From: an uncultured Actinomycetes bacterium
Lineage (GTDB): Bacteria > Actinomycetota > Actinomycetes > S36-B12 > CAIYMF01
Direction of reading: 5' to 3'
Assembly (NCBI GenBank): GCA_963843975.1
Contig: CAWJMG010000003.1
Coordinates: 1,680,001 to 1,712,000, forward strand
Length of the DNA stretch: 32,000 nucleotides
Made by a program: the position numbers and the translations under genes. Below are positions 9,873-18,609 of this stretch, in pieces. The notes under the pieces are model-generated. The model was not told the DNA's origin. It saw nothing but the letters and a program-made list of their open reading frames with translations, and searched no databases. Position 1 is the first letter of the stretch, and each line of letters opens with the position of its first letter.

Positions 9873-12329
9873 ATGGCGGATCCCGTTCTCCCCTCCCGTG
9901 CCCGCGTCGTCGTGATCGGCGGCGGCGTCATCGGCTCGTCCGTGGCGTACCACCTCGCCGAGCTCGGCTGGACCGACACGCTGCTGCTCGAGCGCGACCG
10001 GCTCACCAGCGGCACCACGTGGCACGCGGCCGGGCTCATGGTGACCTTCGGCTCGACCTCGGAGACCTCGACCGAGTTCCGGAAGTACACCCGTGACCTC
10101 TACTCCCGGCTCGAGGCCGAGACCGGGCAGTCGACCGGTTTCTCGCCCGTCGGCTTCATCGAGATCGCGACCGACGCAGGCCGCCTCGAGGAGTACCGCC
10201 GCGTGTCGGCGTTCAACCGCTACTGCGGCGTCGATGTCCAGGAGATCTCGGCCCGCGAGGTCGAGCAGAAGTTCCCCATCGCACGGGTCGACGACGTGCT
10301 GGCCGGCTTCTACGTCGCCGAGGACGGCCGCGCGAACCCTGTCGACGTGACGATGGCGCTCGCGAAGGGTGCGCGCCTGAAGGGCGCGACCGTCCTCGAG
10401 GGCGTGCAGGTCACCGCCGTCACGACGAAGGACGGCGCGGTCACGGGCGTCGACACGCCGTACGGGCACGTGGAGTGCGACGTCGTCGTGAACTGCGCGG
10501 GCATGTGGGCGCGGCAGCTCGCCGAGCAGAACGGCGTCAACGTGCCGCTGCAGGCCGCCGAGCACTACTACCTGATCACCGAGGAGTTCGACGCGATCAG
10601 CAAGTCGTTCCCGGTGCTGGAGGACCCGGCCAACTTCGGCTACTTCCGCGAGGAGGGCGGCGGCCTCATGGTCGGCCTCTTCGAGGCGGTGTGCGCGCCC
10701 TGGAAGATCGAGGGCATCCCCGACTCGGCGTCGTTCCTCGAGCTGCCGCCGGACTGGGACCGCATGGGCCCGTACCTCGAGGCCGCGATGAGCCGCATCC
10801 CGATGTCGAACGAGGTCGGGATCCGGAAGTTCTTCTGCGGGCCGGAGAGCTTCACGCCCGACCTGCAGCCGGTGGTCGGCGAGGCGCCCGAGGTGCGCGG
10901 CTACTTCGTGGCGGCCGGCCTCAACTCGATCGGCATCCTGACCGGCGGCGGCATGGGCCGCGCGGTGGCCGAGTGGGTCGTCACGGGCCACCCGACGGTC
11001 GACGTGACCGGCTTCAACATCGACCGGCTGCACACCTACCAGCGCAACCCGGAGTACCGCGCGACGCGCACGGTCGAGAGCCTCGGCCGCGTCTACGCGA
11101 CGCACTACCCCGACAAGCAGATGCACACCGCGCGCGGTGCGAAGCTGTCGCCGCTGCACGAACGTCTGGCGGCGCAGCGGGCGTGGTTCCGCGACGTCAG
11201 CGGCTGGGAGAACCCGGGCTGGTACGCGCCCGAGGGTGCCGAGCCCGACTTCGGCGAGCCGACCTTCGGCCGCCCCTCGTGGTGGCCGCACTGGGAGGCC
11301 GAGCACCACGCCGCCCGCAACGACGTCATCGTCATGGACATGAGCTTCATGTCGAAGTTCCTCGTCCAGGGCGACGACGCCGGCGCGCGGCTCAACTGGA
11401 TCTCCGGCAACGACGTCGACGGCGAGAGCGGCGTCATCACGTACACCCAGTGGCTCGACGAGCTCGGCAAGCTGCAGGCCGACCTCACCGTCACCAAGCT
11501 GGCCGACGACCGCTTCTGGGTCGTGGCCTCGGACACAGCGCACCGGCACGTCGAGACGCACCTGAAGCGGCACTTCGCCGGGCACCACGCGTTCGTCACG
11601 GACGTCACGGGTGCCTACGCCCAGATCAACGTGCAGGGTCCGCGCTCGCGCGAGCTGCTGCAGTCGGTCACGACGGTCGACCTGTCGGACGAGGCGTTCC
11701 CGTTCCGTGCCGCGCGCGAGATCGACCTCGGCTTCGCGCGCGTGCTCTGCATCCGGATCACCTACCTCGGCGAGCTCGGCTACGAGCTCTACGTGCCGAC
11801 CGAGCAGGCGGTGCACGTCTACGACCGGCTGGTGTCGGCCGGGCCGGCGTACGGGCTGCGGCACGCGGGCACGAAGGCGCTCGCGAGCCTGCGCATGGAG
11901 AAGGGCTACCGCGACTACGGGCACGACATCGACAACACCGACACCGTGCTCGAGGCCGGTCTCGGCTTCGCCGTCGCGATGGACAAGCCGGGGGGCTTCC
12001 TCGGCCGCGAGGCCGTCGCCGCCCAGAAGGCCGCGGGCCCGTTGAGGAAGCGGCTGGTGCAGGTGCTGGTCGACGACCCCGAGCCGATGATGTTCCACGC
12101 CGAGGTGATCAGGCGCGACTGCGTGCCCGTCGGCTACATCCGCGCGGCGTCGTACGGCTTCACACTGGGCGGCGCGGTCGGGCTCGCGATGATCGAGGCC
12201 GACGAGCCCATCGATGCTGCGTGGATATCGGCCGGGTCGTGGACGGTGGAGATCGTCGACCGCGAGTGGCCGTGCACGGTGTCGCTGCGCCCGCTGTTCG
12301 ACCCCGCCAACGAGAAGATCAAGCGCTGA
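9873..12329 (+). CDS. FAD-dependent oxidoreductase fused to a GcvT-type folate-binding aminomethyltransferase domain (dimethylglycine oxidase / sarcosine dehydrogenase family)
   Basis: ATG at 9873 (MADPVLPSRARVVVIGGGVIGSSVAYHLA, Rossmann GxGxxG). The C-terminal half is GcvT-like (…ITYLGELGYELYVP…). The upstream part of ORF 9612..12329 is non-coding leader. Confidence 0.9.
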   Translation: MADPVLPSRARVVVIGGGVIGSSVAYHLAELGWTDTLLLERDRLTSGTTWHAAGLMVTFGSTSETSTEFRKYTRDLYSRLEAETGQSTGFSPVGFIEIATDAGRLEEYRRVSAFNRYCGVDVQEISAREVEQKFPIARVDDVLAGFYVAEDGRANPVDVTMALAKGARLKGATVLEGVQVTAVTTKDGAVTGVDTPYGHVECDVVVNCAGMWARQLAEQNGVNVPLQAAEHYYLITEEFDAISKSFPVLEDPANFGYFREEGGGLMVGLFEAVCAPWKIEGIPDSASFLELPPDWDRMGPYLEAAMSRIPMSNEVGIRKFFCGPESFTPDLQPVVGEAPEVRGYFVAAGLNSIGILTGGGMGRAVAEWVVTGHPTVDVTGFNIDRLHTYQRNPEYRATRTVESLGRVYATHYPDKQMHTARGAKLSPLHERLAAQRAWFRDVSGWENPGWYAPEGAEPDFGEPTFGRPSWWPHWEAEHHAARNDVIVMDMSFMSKFLVQGDDAGARLNWISGNDVDGESGVITYTQWLDELGKLQADLTVTKLADDRFWVVASDTAHRHVETHLKRHFAGHHAFVTDVTGAYAQINVQGPRSRELLQSVTTVDLSDEAFPFRAAREIDLGFARVLCIRITYLGELGYELYVPTEQAVHVYDRLVSAGPAYGLRHAGTKALASLRMEKGYRDYGHDIDNTDTVLEAGLGFAVAMDKPGGFLGREAVAAQKAAGPLRKRLVQVLVDDPEPMMFHAEVIRRDCVPVGYIRAASYGFTLGGAVGLAMIEADEPIDAAWISAGSWTVEIVDREWPCTVSLRPLFDPANEKIKR

Positions 12330-12348
12330 CCGCCGTACGGTGGCCGGC

Positions 12349-13347
12349 GTGACCGAGCGCGAGATCACCGGGCCCGTCGACCTCTGCACGCCCAAGGGCC
12401 GCGTGAACCGCGACGCCGTGGGGTGGACGCGGCAGCCGCTTCACCGCACCTCGGTGCCGGGCTGGGGCCGCACGAAGCGCTGGGAGTACTGGGGCGTCAT
12501 GACGCCGACGGTGTTCGTCGGGCTCACGGTGTCCTCGCTCGACTATGCCGGCGTCGAAGCGGTGTACGTGCTCGACCGGGCGACGGGCCGCGAGCACGTG
12601 CACGAGGCGGTCGTGCCGCTCGCCCGCGGCGTGGTGCTCCCCGAGCAGTGCGGCGCCGGCCGAGCCGCGGCGTCTGCGAAGGACCTGCGCATCGAGCTCG
12701 TCGAGGTCGACGGCGGCACGCACCTGGTCGCCTCCGGGCAGGGCATCGAGGTCGACGTCGTCGCGGTGCTGCCCGAAGGGCACGAGCGCATGGGCGTGGT
12801 GGTGCCCTGGTCGGACACGCGGTTCCAGTACACGGTCAAGGACGTGGGGCGGCCGGTGTCGGGCTCCGTGGTCGTCGACGGCGTGCGCCACGACGTGGGT
12901 GGTGCCGGGTCGTTCGGGGTGCTCGACCACGGGCGCGGGCGCTGGCCTTACTCGCTCACCTGGAACTGGGGCGCGGGGCACGGCGCGGTCGACGGCCGCG
13001 CGGTCGGGGTGCAGGTCGGCGGGCTCTGGACCGACGGAACGGGCTCGACCGAGAACGCGCTCGTGCTCGACGGCGTGGTGCACAAGGAGTCGGGCACGCT
13101 GCGGTGGGAGTACGACCGCGCCGACTGGCTGCGCCCGTGGCGGATCCGGACCGTCGGCTCCGAGCGGGTCGACCTGGCCTTCACGCCCGCTCATGAGCGC
13201 GTGGCGCGTACCAACCTGCTCGTCGTCGCCAACGAGACGCATCAGTGCTTCGGCACCTGGTCGGGCTGGATGAGCACCGACGACGGCGAGCGCGTGCGGG
13301 TCGACGGCGCGGAGGGCTGGGCCGAGGAGGCCCGCAACCGCTGGTGA
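12349..13347 (+). CDS. DUF2804 domain protein
   Basis: VTEREITGPVDLCTPKGRVNRDAVGWTRQPLHRT…RWEYWGV… matches my recollection of DUF2804. The start is GTG 12349 or GTG 12340, 11-20 nt after the upstream stop. Confidence 0.7.
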   Translation: MTEREITGPVDLCTPKGRVNRDAVGWTRQPLHRTSVPGWGRTKRWEYWGVMTPTVFVGLTVSSLDYAGVEAVYVLDRATGREHVHEAVVPLARGVVLPEQCGAGRAAASAKDLRIELVEVDGGTHLVASGQGIEVDVVAVLPEGHERMGVVVPWSDTRFQYTVKDVGRPVSGSVVVDGVRHDVGGAGSFGVLDHGRGRWPYSLTWNWGAGHGAVDGRAVGVQVGGLWTDGTGSTENALVLDGVVHKESGTLRWEYDRADWLRPWRIRTVGSERVDLAFTPAHERVARTNLLVVANETHQCFGTWSGWMSTDDGERVRVDGAEGWAEEARNRW

Positions 13348-13445
13348 GGCAAGCCTCACCTGATGCCATGTGCTGCAAGGGGAATCACTCCGCAGTTTGC
13401 TCCGTGAGCCTCCCGTGAGCGATCAGCCACGCCTACCCTGAACTC

Positions 13446-14999
13446 ATGGACATGTCCGAGGTACGCACGCGCGCCCGCACGCTCGTCGACAGCCCTGAGC
13501 TGACGTACCGGCAGCGGGTCCAGGCGCTCGCCGGCCTGGCCGAGGCGACCCTCGACCCGCCGGCGGTGTCCGACGCGGTGACGGAGGCCCTCGCCACCGG
13601 GCTCGTGTGCGACATCGCGGAGGGGCATGCGCCTTACCGGCCGCGCTACCTGCTCCCCGACTACCCGAAGGCACTGCGCCAGGGCTCGGAGTTCCTCGGG
13701 CTGAAGCCGCCGACCGATCTCTACGAGGCCGTGGCATTCCTGCTCTCGATGTACTCCCAGGTGCCGTCCATCACCGGCTATCCCGTCTACCTCGGCGACG
13801 TCGACTCGCTGCTCGAGCCGTACGCCGACGGCGTCGACGACGAGACGCTCACGAAGATCCTGCGGCTCATGTGGGTCACGATCGACCGGTCGCTGCCGGA
13901 CGCGTTCACCCACGCGAACCTCGGACCGGACGACTCGCGCGTCGGCCGCACCATCCTCGCGCTCGAGCGCGAGCTGCTGCAGACCGTCCCCAACCTCACG
14001 CTCAAGGTGGACGCCGAGCGCACGCCCGACAGCCTCGTGCTCGACGCGGTGAAGACCGTGTTCGCGTGCGGCAAGCCGCACTTCGTCAACCACGCGATGA
14101 TGACGGCCGACCTCGGAGCGGACTACGGCGTCGTCTCCTGCTACAACTCGCTGCGCGTCGGCGGTGGCTCGCACACGCTCGTGCGGCTCAACCTCGCGGA
14201 GTCCGCTCGCCGCAGCGTCGGCGGTGTCGACGAGTACCTCGCCACCACGCTCCCCGCGCACGTCGAGGTGACGGCCGAGCTCATGGCGGCGCGCATCACG
14301 TCGCTGGTGGAGCAGGCGCACTTCTTCGACAACAGCTGGCTCGCCGACGAGGGCCTCGTGCACCTCGACCGGATGTCGGCGATGTTCGGCGTCTACGGCC
14401 TCGCCGAGTGCGTAGACGGCCTCGTCGCGGCCTCCGGCGGCACCGGCCGCTACGGGCACGACGCAGACGCGACGTCGCTCGGCTGGCGGATCGTCGAGCG
14501 CGTGGCCGAGCTGGTCGCGGCGACACCGCTCCCCTACTGCGAGGGCAACGGCGGCCACGCCTTCCTTCACTCGCAGTCCGGCATCGACTCCGACCTCGGC
14601 GTCACTGCCGGCACGCGCATCCCGATCGGCGACGAGCCGCCGCTGTTCGAGCACCTCGCCGCCGTCACGCCGAACCACAAGTGGTTCGCGTCCGGAGTCA
14701 GCGACATCCTCAGCTTCGACCAGACGGCCGTGCGCAACCCGCAGGCCTGCGTCGACGTCGTACGCGGAGCCCTGGCCACGGGGATGCGCGACGTCACATT
14801 CAACCTCGACAGCAACGACTTCATCCGGATCACCGGCTACCTCGTGCGCAAGAGCGATCTCGCGAAGCTCGATGCGACCGGCGTCGCGCGGCACGGCAGC
14901 GACGTGCTGGCTGCGGGCTCGGTGGCCAACTCGCACTCGGACAAGCGCGCCGTGAAGCGGGTGATCAGCCATGAGTCAGCCCCTCGGGCTGCTGGCTGA
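13446..14999 (+). CDS. YjjI-family glycyl-radical enzyme (function unknown)
   Basis: 517 aa. The C-terminal motif FIRITGYLVR (Gly codon at 14835-14837) resembles the glycyl-radical fingerprint R-[VI]-x-G-[YF]. Overall length and the pairing with a YjjW-like activase fit the YjjI family. Confidence 0.8.
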   Translation: MDMSEVRTRARTLVDSPELTYRQRVQALAGLAEATLDPPAVSDAVTEALATGLVCDIAEGHAPYRPRYLLPDYPKALRQGSEFLGLKPPTDLYEAVAFLLSMYSQVPSITGYPVYLGDVDSLLEPYADGVDDETLTKILRLMWVTIDRSLPDAFTHANLGPDDSRVGRTILALERELLQTVPNLTLKVDAERTPDSLVLDAVKTVFACGKPHFVNHAMMTADLGADYGVVSCYNSLRVGGGSHTLVRLNLAESARRSVGGVDEYLATTLPAHVEVTAELMAARITSLVEQAHFFDNSWLADEGLVHLDRMSAMFGVYGLAECVDGLVAASGGTGRYGHDADATSLGWRIVERVAELVAATPLPYCEGNGGHAFLHSQSGIDSDLGVTAGTRIPIGDEPPLFEHLAAVTPNHKWFASGVSDILSFDQTAVRNPQACVDVVRGALATGMRDVTFNLDSNDFIRITGYLVRKSDLAKLDATGVARHGSDVLAAGSVANSHSDKRAVKRVISHESAPRAAG

Positions 15000-15699
15000 C
15001 GTCGTCCCGTTCTCCTGGGTCGACGGGCCGGGCAACCGCTTCGCCGTCTTCCTCCAGGGGTGCAACCTCGACTGCCTGGTGTGCCACAACCCGCACACGA
15101 TGCCGCTGTCGACGCCGCGCGCGCGGTCGGTGTCAGTTGCCGAGCTCGTCGACCAGGTGCGTCCGCTGGCGCCGTACCTCTCGGGCGTTACGGTGTCCGG
15201 CGGCGAGGCGACCCTGCAAGCGCCGTTCGTGGCCGCGTGGTTCGACGCCCTGCACGACGACCCGGCGACGTCCGGGCTCACGCGTTTCGTCGACAGCAAC
15301 GGCTGCGCCGACGACGACGTGTGGGACCTGCTGCTGCCGCGCACCGAGGGCGTGATGCTCGACCTCAAGGCCCTCGACCTCGGCACCCACCTCGAGCTCA
15401 CCGGTTCGTCGAACTTCTCGGTGCTGCGCGGCCTCGAGCGGCTCGCGATCGCGGGCAAGCTGGCCGAGGTGCGGCTGCTCGTCGTGCCCGACCGCAACGA
15501 CTCCGAAGAGACGCTGCGGGCCACCGGCGAGTTCGTCGCGAAGCGGGCGCCCGGGGTTCCCGTGCGGGTGATCGGCTTCCGGGCGCACGGCGTACGAGCC
15601 GCGGCACGGTCGATCCGCGAGGCCAGCGCCGAGGAGCGCGCCCACTACGGCGAGTGGGTCGCCGAGGCCGTCGGCGCCGACCTCGTCACCGTCGTCTGA
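14971..15699 (+). CDS. YjjW-family glycyl-radical enzyme activase (radical SAM)
   Basis: SWVDGPGNRFAVFLQGCNLDCLVCHNP contains the activase-type CxxxCxxC cluster motif. The start overlaps the preceding gene by 29 nt. Confidence 0.85.
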   Translation: MSQPLGLLADVVPFSWVDGPGNRFAVFLQGCNLDCLVCHNPHTMPLSTPRARSVSVAELVDQVRPLAPYLSGVTVSGGEATLQAPFVAAWFDALHDDPATSGLTRFVDSNGCADDDVWDLLLPRTEGVMLDLKALDLGTHLELTGSSNFSVLRGLERLAIAGKLAEVRLLVVPDRNDSEETLRATGEFVAKRAPGVPVRVIGFRAHGVRAAARSIREASAEERAHYGEWVAEAVGADLVTVV

Positions 15700-15770
15700 C
15701 CCTGGCTGCTGCCGCGACCAGCGGGCACGACCGCAAGACAGACCGACAAAGAACCGGCACTATCGCTCGC

Positions 15771-16277
15771 ATGGACTTCGGGGGAGCCAACCTTCCGACG
15801 CCTCAGGACGATCCACGTGGGTACGCCCTTGCGGTAGCGAAGTGGCGCCGCGGCATGTGGCGCGGCGTCATCGGGATATTGGCCTTGCTTGCGTTGGGGC
15901 TATGGGTCTCTGGCTACTTCCAGCAGCGCAAGCACCCTGAGACCTTCCCCGCCCTTGCCGCCGCTGTCGGCTTGGGGCTCCTGATCGCGTTCGGTGCCGG
16001 ATACGTGGCGGGCCGCGTTGTTCGACGGCACGTCAAGCCCGCTGCGCCTGGCTATTCACTTCGCGGCAGCGGCGCGAGCAGCAAGCCTCCGGGCTGGGTC
16101 TATGTCGTGCCGTTGATTGGTGCGCTGGTGCCTGTCGGGATGCAGTCGTTGGCAAGGGCATCGCCACAGGCTGCGGACGTGTTGGCGGCTGTCGCTGCGG
16201 GAATCCTGACGGTCCTCGCGGGAGTCATGGCCGCCCAACTGCCATGGCCCCCCGACCCAAACGATCCGAAGCCGTAG
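15771..16277 (+). CDS. hypothetical membrane protein (about 4 TM segments)
   Basis: ATG at 15771. There are four hydrophobic stretches (e.g. GVIGILALLALGLWVSGYF). Codon usage is atypical for the window, with many A/T-ending codons. I recognise no family. Confidence 0.5.
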   Translation: MDFGGANLPTPQDDPRGYALAVAKWRRGMWRGVIGILALLALGLWVSGYFQQRKHPETFPALAAAVGLGLLIAFGAGYVAGRVVRRHVKPAAPGYSLRGSGASSKPPGWVYVVPLIGALVPVGMQSLARASPQAADVLAAVAAGILTVLAGVMAAQLPWPPDPNDPKP

Positions 16278-16429
16278 ACGCCTAACGTCGCAGGCGCCTC
16301 GCGGTACCGCGCCCAGATGTGCCGTTCGCGCTCGCATCTGATCGGGGGGACGGGCATCCTGATTGACACGGTGACGACGGGGAACGGGCGCTCCATGGAC
16401 TGGAACTGCTCTCTGAGGGGCTGCGTCTG

Positions 16430-16891
16430 ATGAGAATGACTATTCGGGGTAGCGCGGCGGCTGCTGTCCTCGTCCTCCCGGGTCTCCTCCTCGCGGGGTG
16501 CGGTTCGACTCAGCCGACAGCAGCGATTGCAAGTGCGTCCGTTAGCACCTACGGAGACCTGTCCAACGATCAGTACGACGCGGCGGTTGCGCTGGCTCGC
16601 CAAGAGGTCGCTCGCGACGGCGCCACGATCACCAGTGCCACGGCGACGCTGACGTCCGGCACGGTTGAAGACACGAACCTTCCGGGCACGTGCACGTCTG
16701 GAAAGCTGCTGAACATCAAGCTGATCGGAACCGACTTCGCGATTTCTGTTGGTGGCACGCCGGGCGGCGACACGACGGTGAGTGGAGTCCTGCTGACCGC
16801 CGATGCCGACAGCGGCGAGGCCTGCATGCTCGCCGTCAAGACCGGTGCCGTCTCACCCGACCCTGGCGCGGTGACGCTCAGCCTCGGCTGA
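16430..16891 (+). CDS. hypothetical lipoprotein
   Basis: MRMTIRGSAAAAVLVLPGLLLAGCGS is a signal peptide with the lipobox L-A-G-C. Codon usage is atypical (aga, act, att, ggt, gca, agt). Confidence 0.6.
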   Translation: MRMTIRGSAAAAVLVLPGLLLAGCGSTQPTAAIASASVSTYGDLSNDQYDAAVALARQEVARDGATITSATATLTSGTVEDTNLPGTCTSGKLLNIKLIGTDFAISVGGTPGGDTTVSGVLLTADADSGEACMLAVKTGAVSPDPGAVTLSLG

Positions 16892-17137
16892 GCAGAAGTG
16901 CCGATCCAGCTCGGCTCGTGCGCGTGTGCTGGGCGCTCGTCGGCGTGGCAGCAGAGTCGGGCAGTCGGTCCCCTTCCGCACTCCCCAGCCGGTTGTCACC
17001 GTCGGCGACTGCGCGCACGGCACCCTGTGGACGACTCGCTGTAGGTGTCGGCCTGTGGACAGCGCCGCCCGACATCCGTTGTGGTTGTTGCGCTTTGGGG
17101 GTTGACGACTGTCGGAGGGCCGTGATTTGATTCGTAC

Positions 17138-18518
17138 ATGCGTTCGACTCCTGCTGACCTCCCGCTGGAGCAGAAGGCTGCCCGCGCAGTCTCCGCCCTG
17201 ATGGAGGCCGCCGAGGCGGTGGCCGAGGTCGCCCGCGAGGGTGGGTTCGCCGCCGCACCCGCCGTGGTGCAGCCGGCGCTGGCGATGGCGGTGCTGCGCT
17301 CCGCCGACCAGGCCCAGGCCGCCGCCACCGTCGCGGTCGGTGTCGTGCACGCGTCGGGATGGCTGCCCGACGGGCAGGTCTCCCTCGGTCGGTGGCTCGA
17401 GAAGGTCGGCGGGCTCGCGAGTCGTGAGGCCGCCGGCCTGATCGGCGCCGCCCGCAGCCTCGCCGACGACTACGACCGGCTCCGGGACGTCTGGCTCACC
17501 GGTGAGATCTCCGGATCGATGGCCACCACGATGCGCACCGGCATCGACACCATGCTGCGCCGCGTCCCCCGCGCCGACCGCCCCGCCGAACACGCCCAGA
17601 TCCTCGACCAGCTCATGCCCCACGCCGACCGCGTCACCCCCGACCGGATGGCCAAGGTGCTCAAGGACCTGCGCACCCGGGTCGACCAGGACGGCGCCCG
17701 CCAGGCCGAGATCGACGCCGACGACGAGCAGCACATCACGTTCACCCCCGTCGGATCCGGCGTCGTGATGAAGGGGTGGCTCTCCAACGAGACCTACGCC
17801 CAGATCCGCACCGCGCTCGAGCAGGTCGTCGACGGCTGGTACCGCGATGGCGAGCTCCCCGAGGAGGACCGCATCGACTCCGCCGACGACTTTCGCGCTG
17901 CCGACCGCACGAAGCGCCAGCGTCAGGCCCACCTGCACGCGTTGGCACTTGCCCAGCTGTGCACCGACGCCCTCGAGTCCGGCAGCCTCGGCACCCACCA
18001 CGGGCTCCTCCCCCGCATCACCCTGACCGGCAGCCTCGACCGGCTCGACGTCGGACTCGGGGGCGAAGCTGCTGCTGCCCGGGCACGACACCCCCGCCGT
18101 CGTCATCCCCGACGCGTTCCGCCGGTTCCTGTGCGACGCCGAGATCACCCCCATCATCACCGCCAACCCCACCCACGGCCTCCAGCCGATCGACCTGGTG
18201 CTGCGCGAGGCCAACGACGCATTCCTGTACGTCGGCCGCGACTACCGGGTCGTGCCTCCCCGCCTGCGCCGGGCCATGGAGCACCGCGACGGGCACTGCG
18301 CCTTCCCCGGCTGCGGCGTGAACGTCCGCCGCTGCCGCGCCCACCACGTCCAGCACTGGGAGCACGGCGGATTGACCAATCTCGACAACTGCGTGCTCCT
18401 GTGCGAAACCCACCACAGATCAGTGCACGAAGGCGGCTGGACCGTCCGTGCCGTAGGCGCCGATCCACGCCTGCCGGACTACTGGCAGTTCACCCCGCCC
18501 GACCGACGCCGGCCCTGA
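17138..18518 (+). pseudogene. DUF222 / HNH endonuclease (13E12-repeat-type), frameshifted as assembled
   Basis: The N-terminal DUF222-like part is in the frame of ORF 17138..18526 up to …RLDVGLGG. The continuation GAKLLLPGHDTPAVVIPDAFRRFLCDAEITPII… and the HNH core (HCAFPGC…AHHVQHWEHGG…LLCETHH) are in the frame of ORF 18198..18518. The switch is at the G5 run 18059-18063. The total length is 3n+1. Confidence 0.8.
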
Positions 18519-18609
18519 CCGCATAGCGCGTCAGGGCGCACGACCCGTCACCCGTCACCCCGTTCACCCGTGCCGACCGCTGGTACGCGCGACGATTACG
18601 CTCTCGACC

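Noticed and set aside
15060-16277. 405-aa ORF spanning yjjW and the following gene.
   Set aside because: The first 237 codons overlap yjjW in another frame and are Arg/Ala-rich filler. Only the portion from ATG 15771 (hydrophobic, four TM segments) was kept as a gene.
16100-16603. 167-aa minus-strand ORF bridging the membrane-protein and lipoprotein genes.
   Set aside because: It overlaps both + strand genes and has no recognisable features. The + strand genes have a coherent TM pattern and a lipobox signal peptide respectively.
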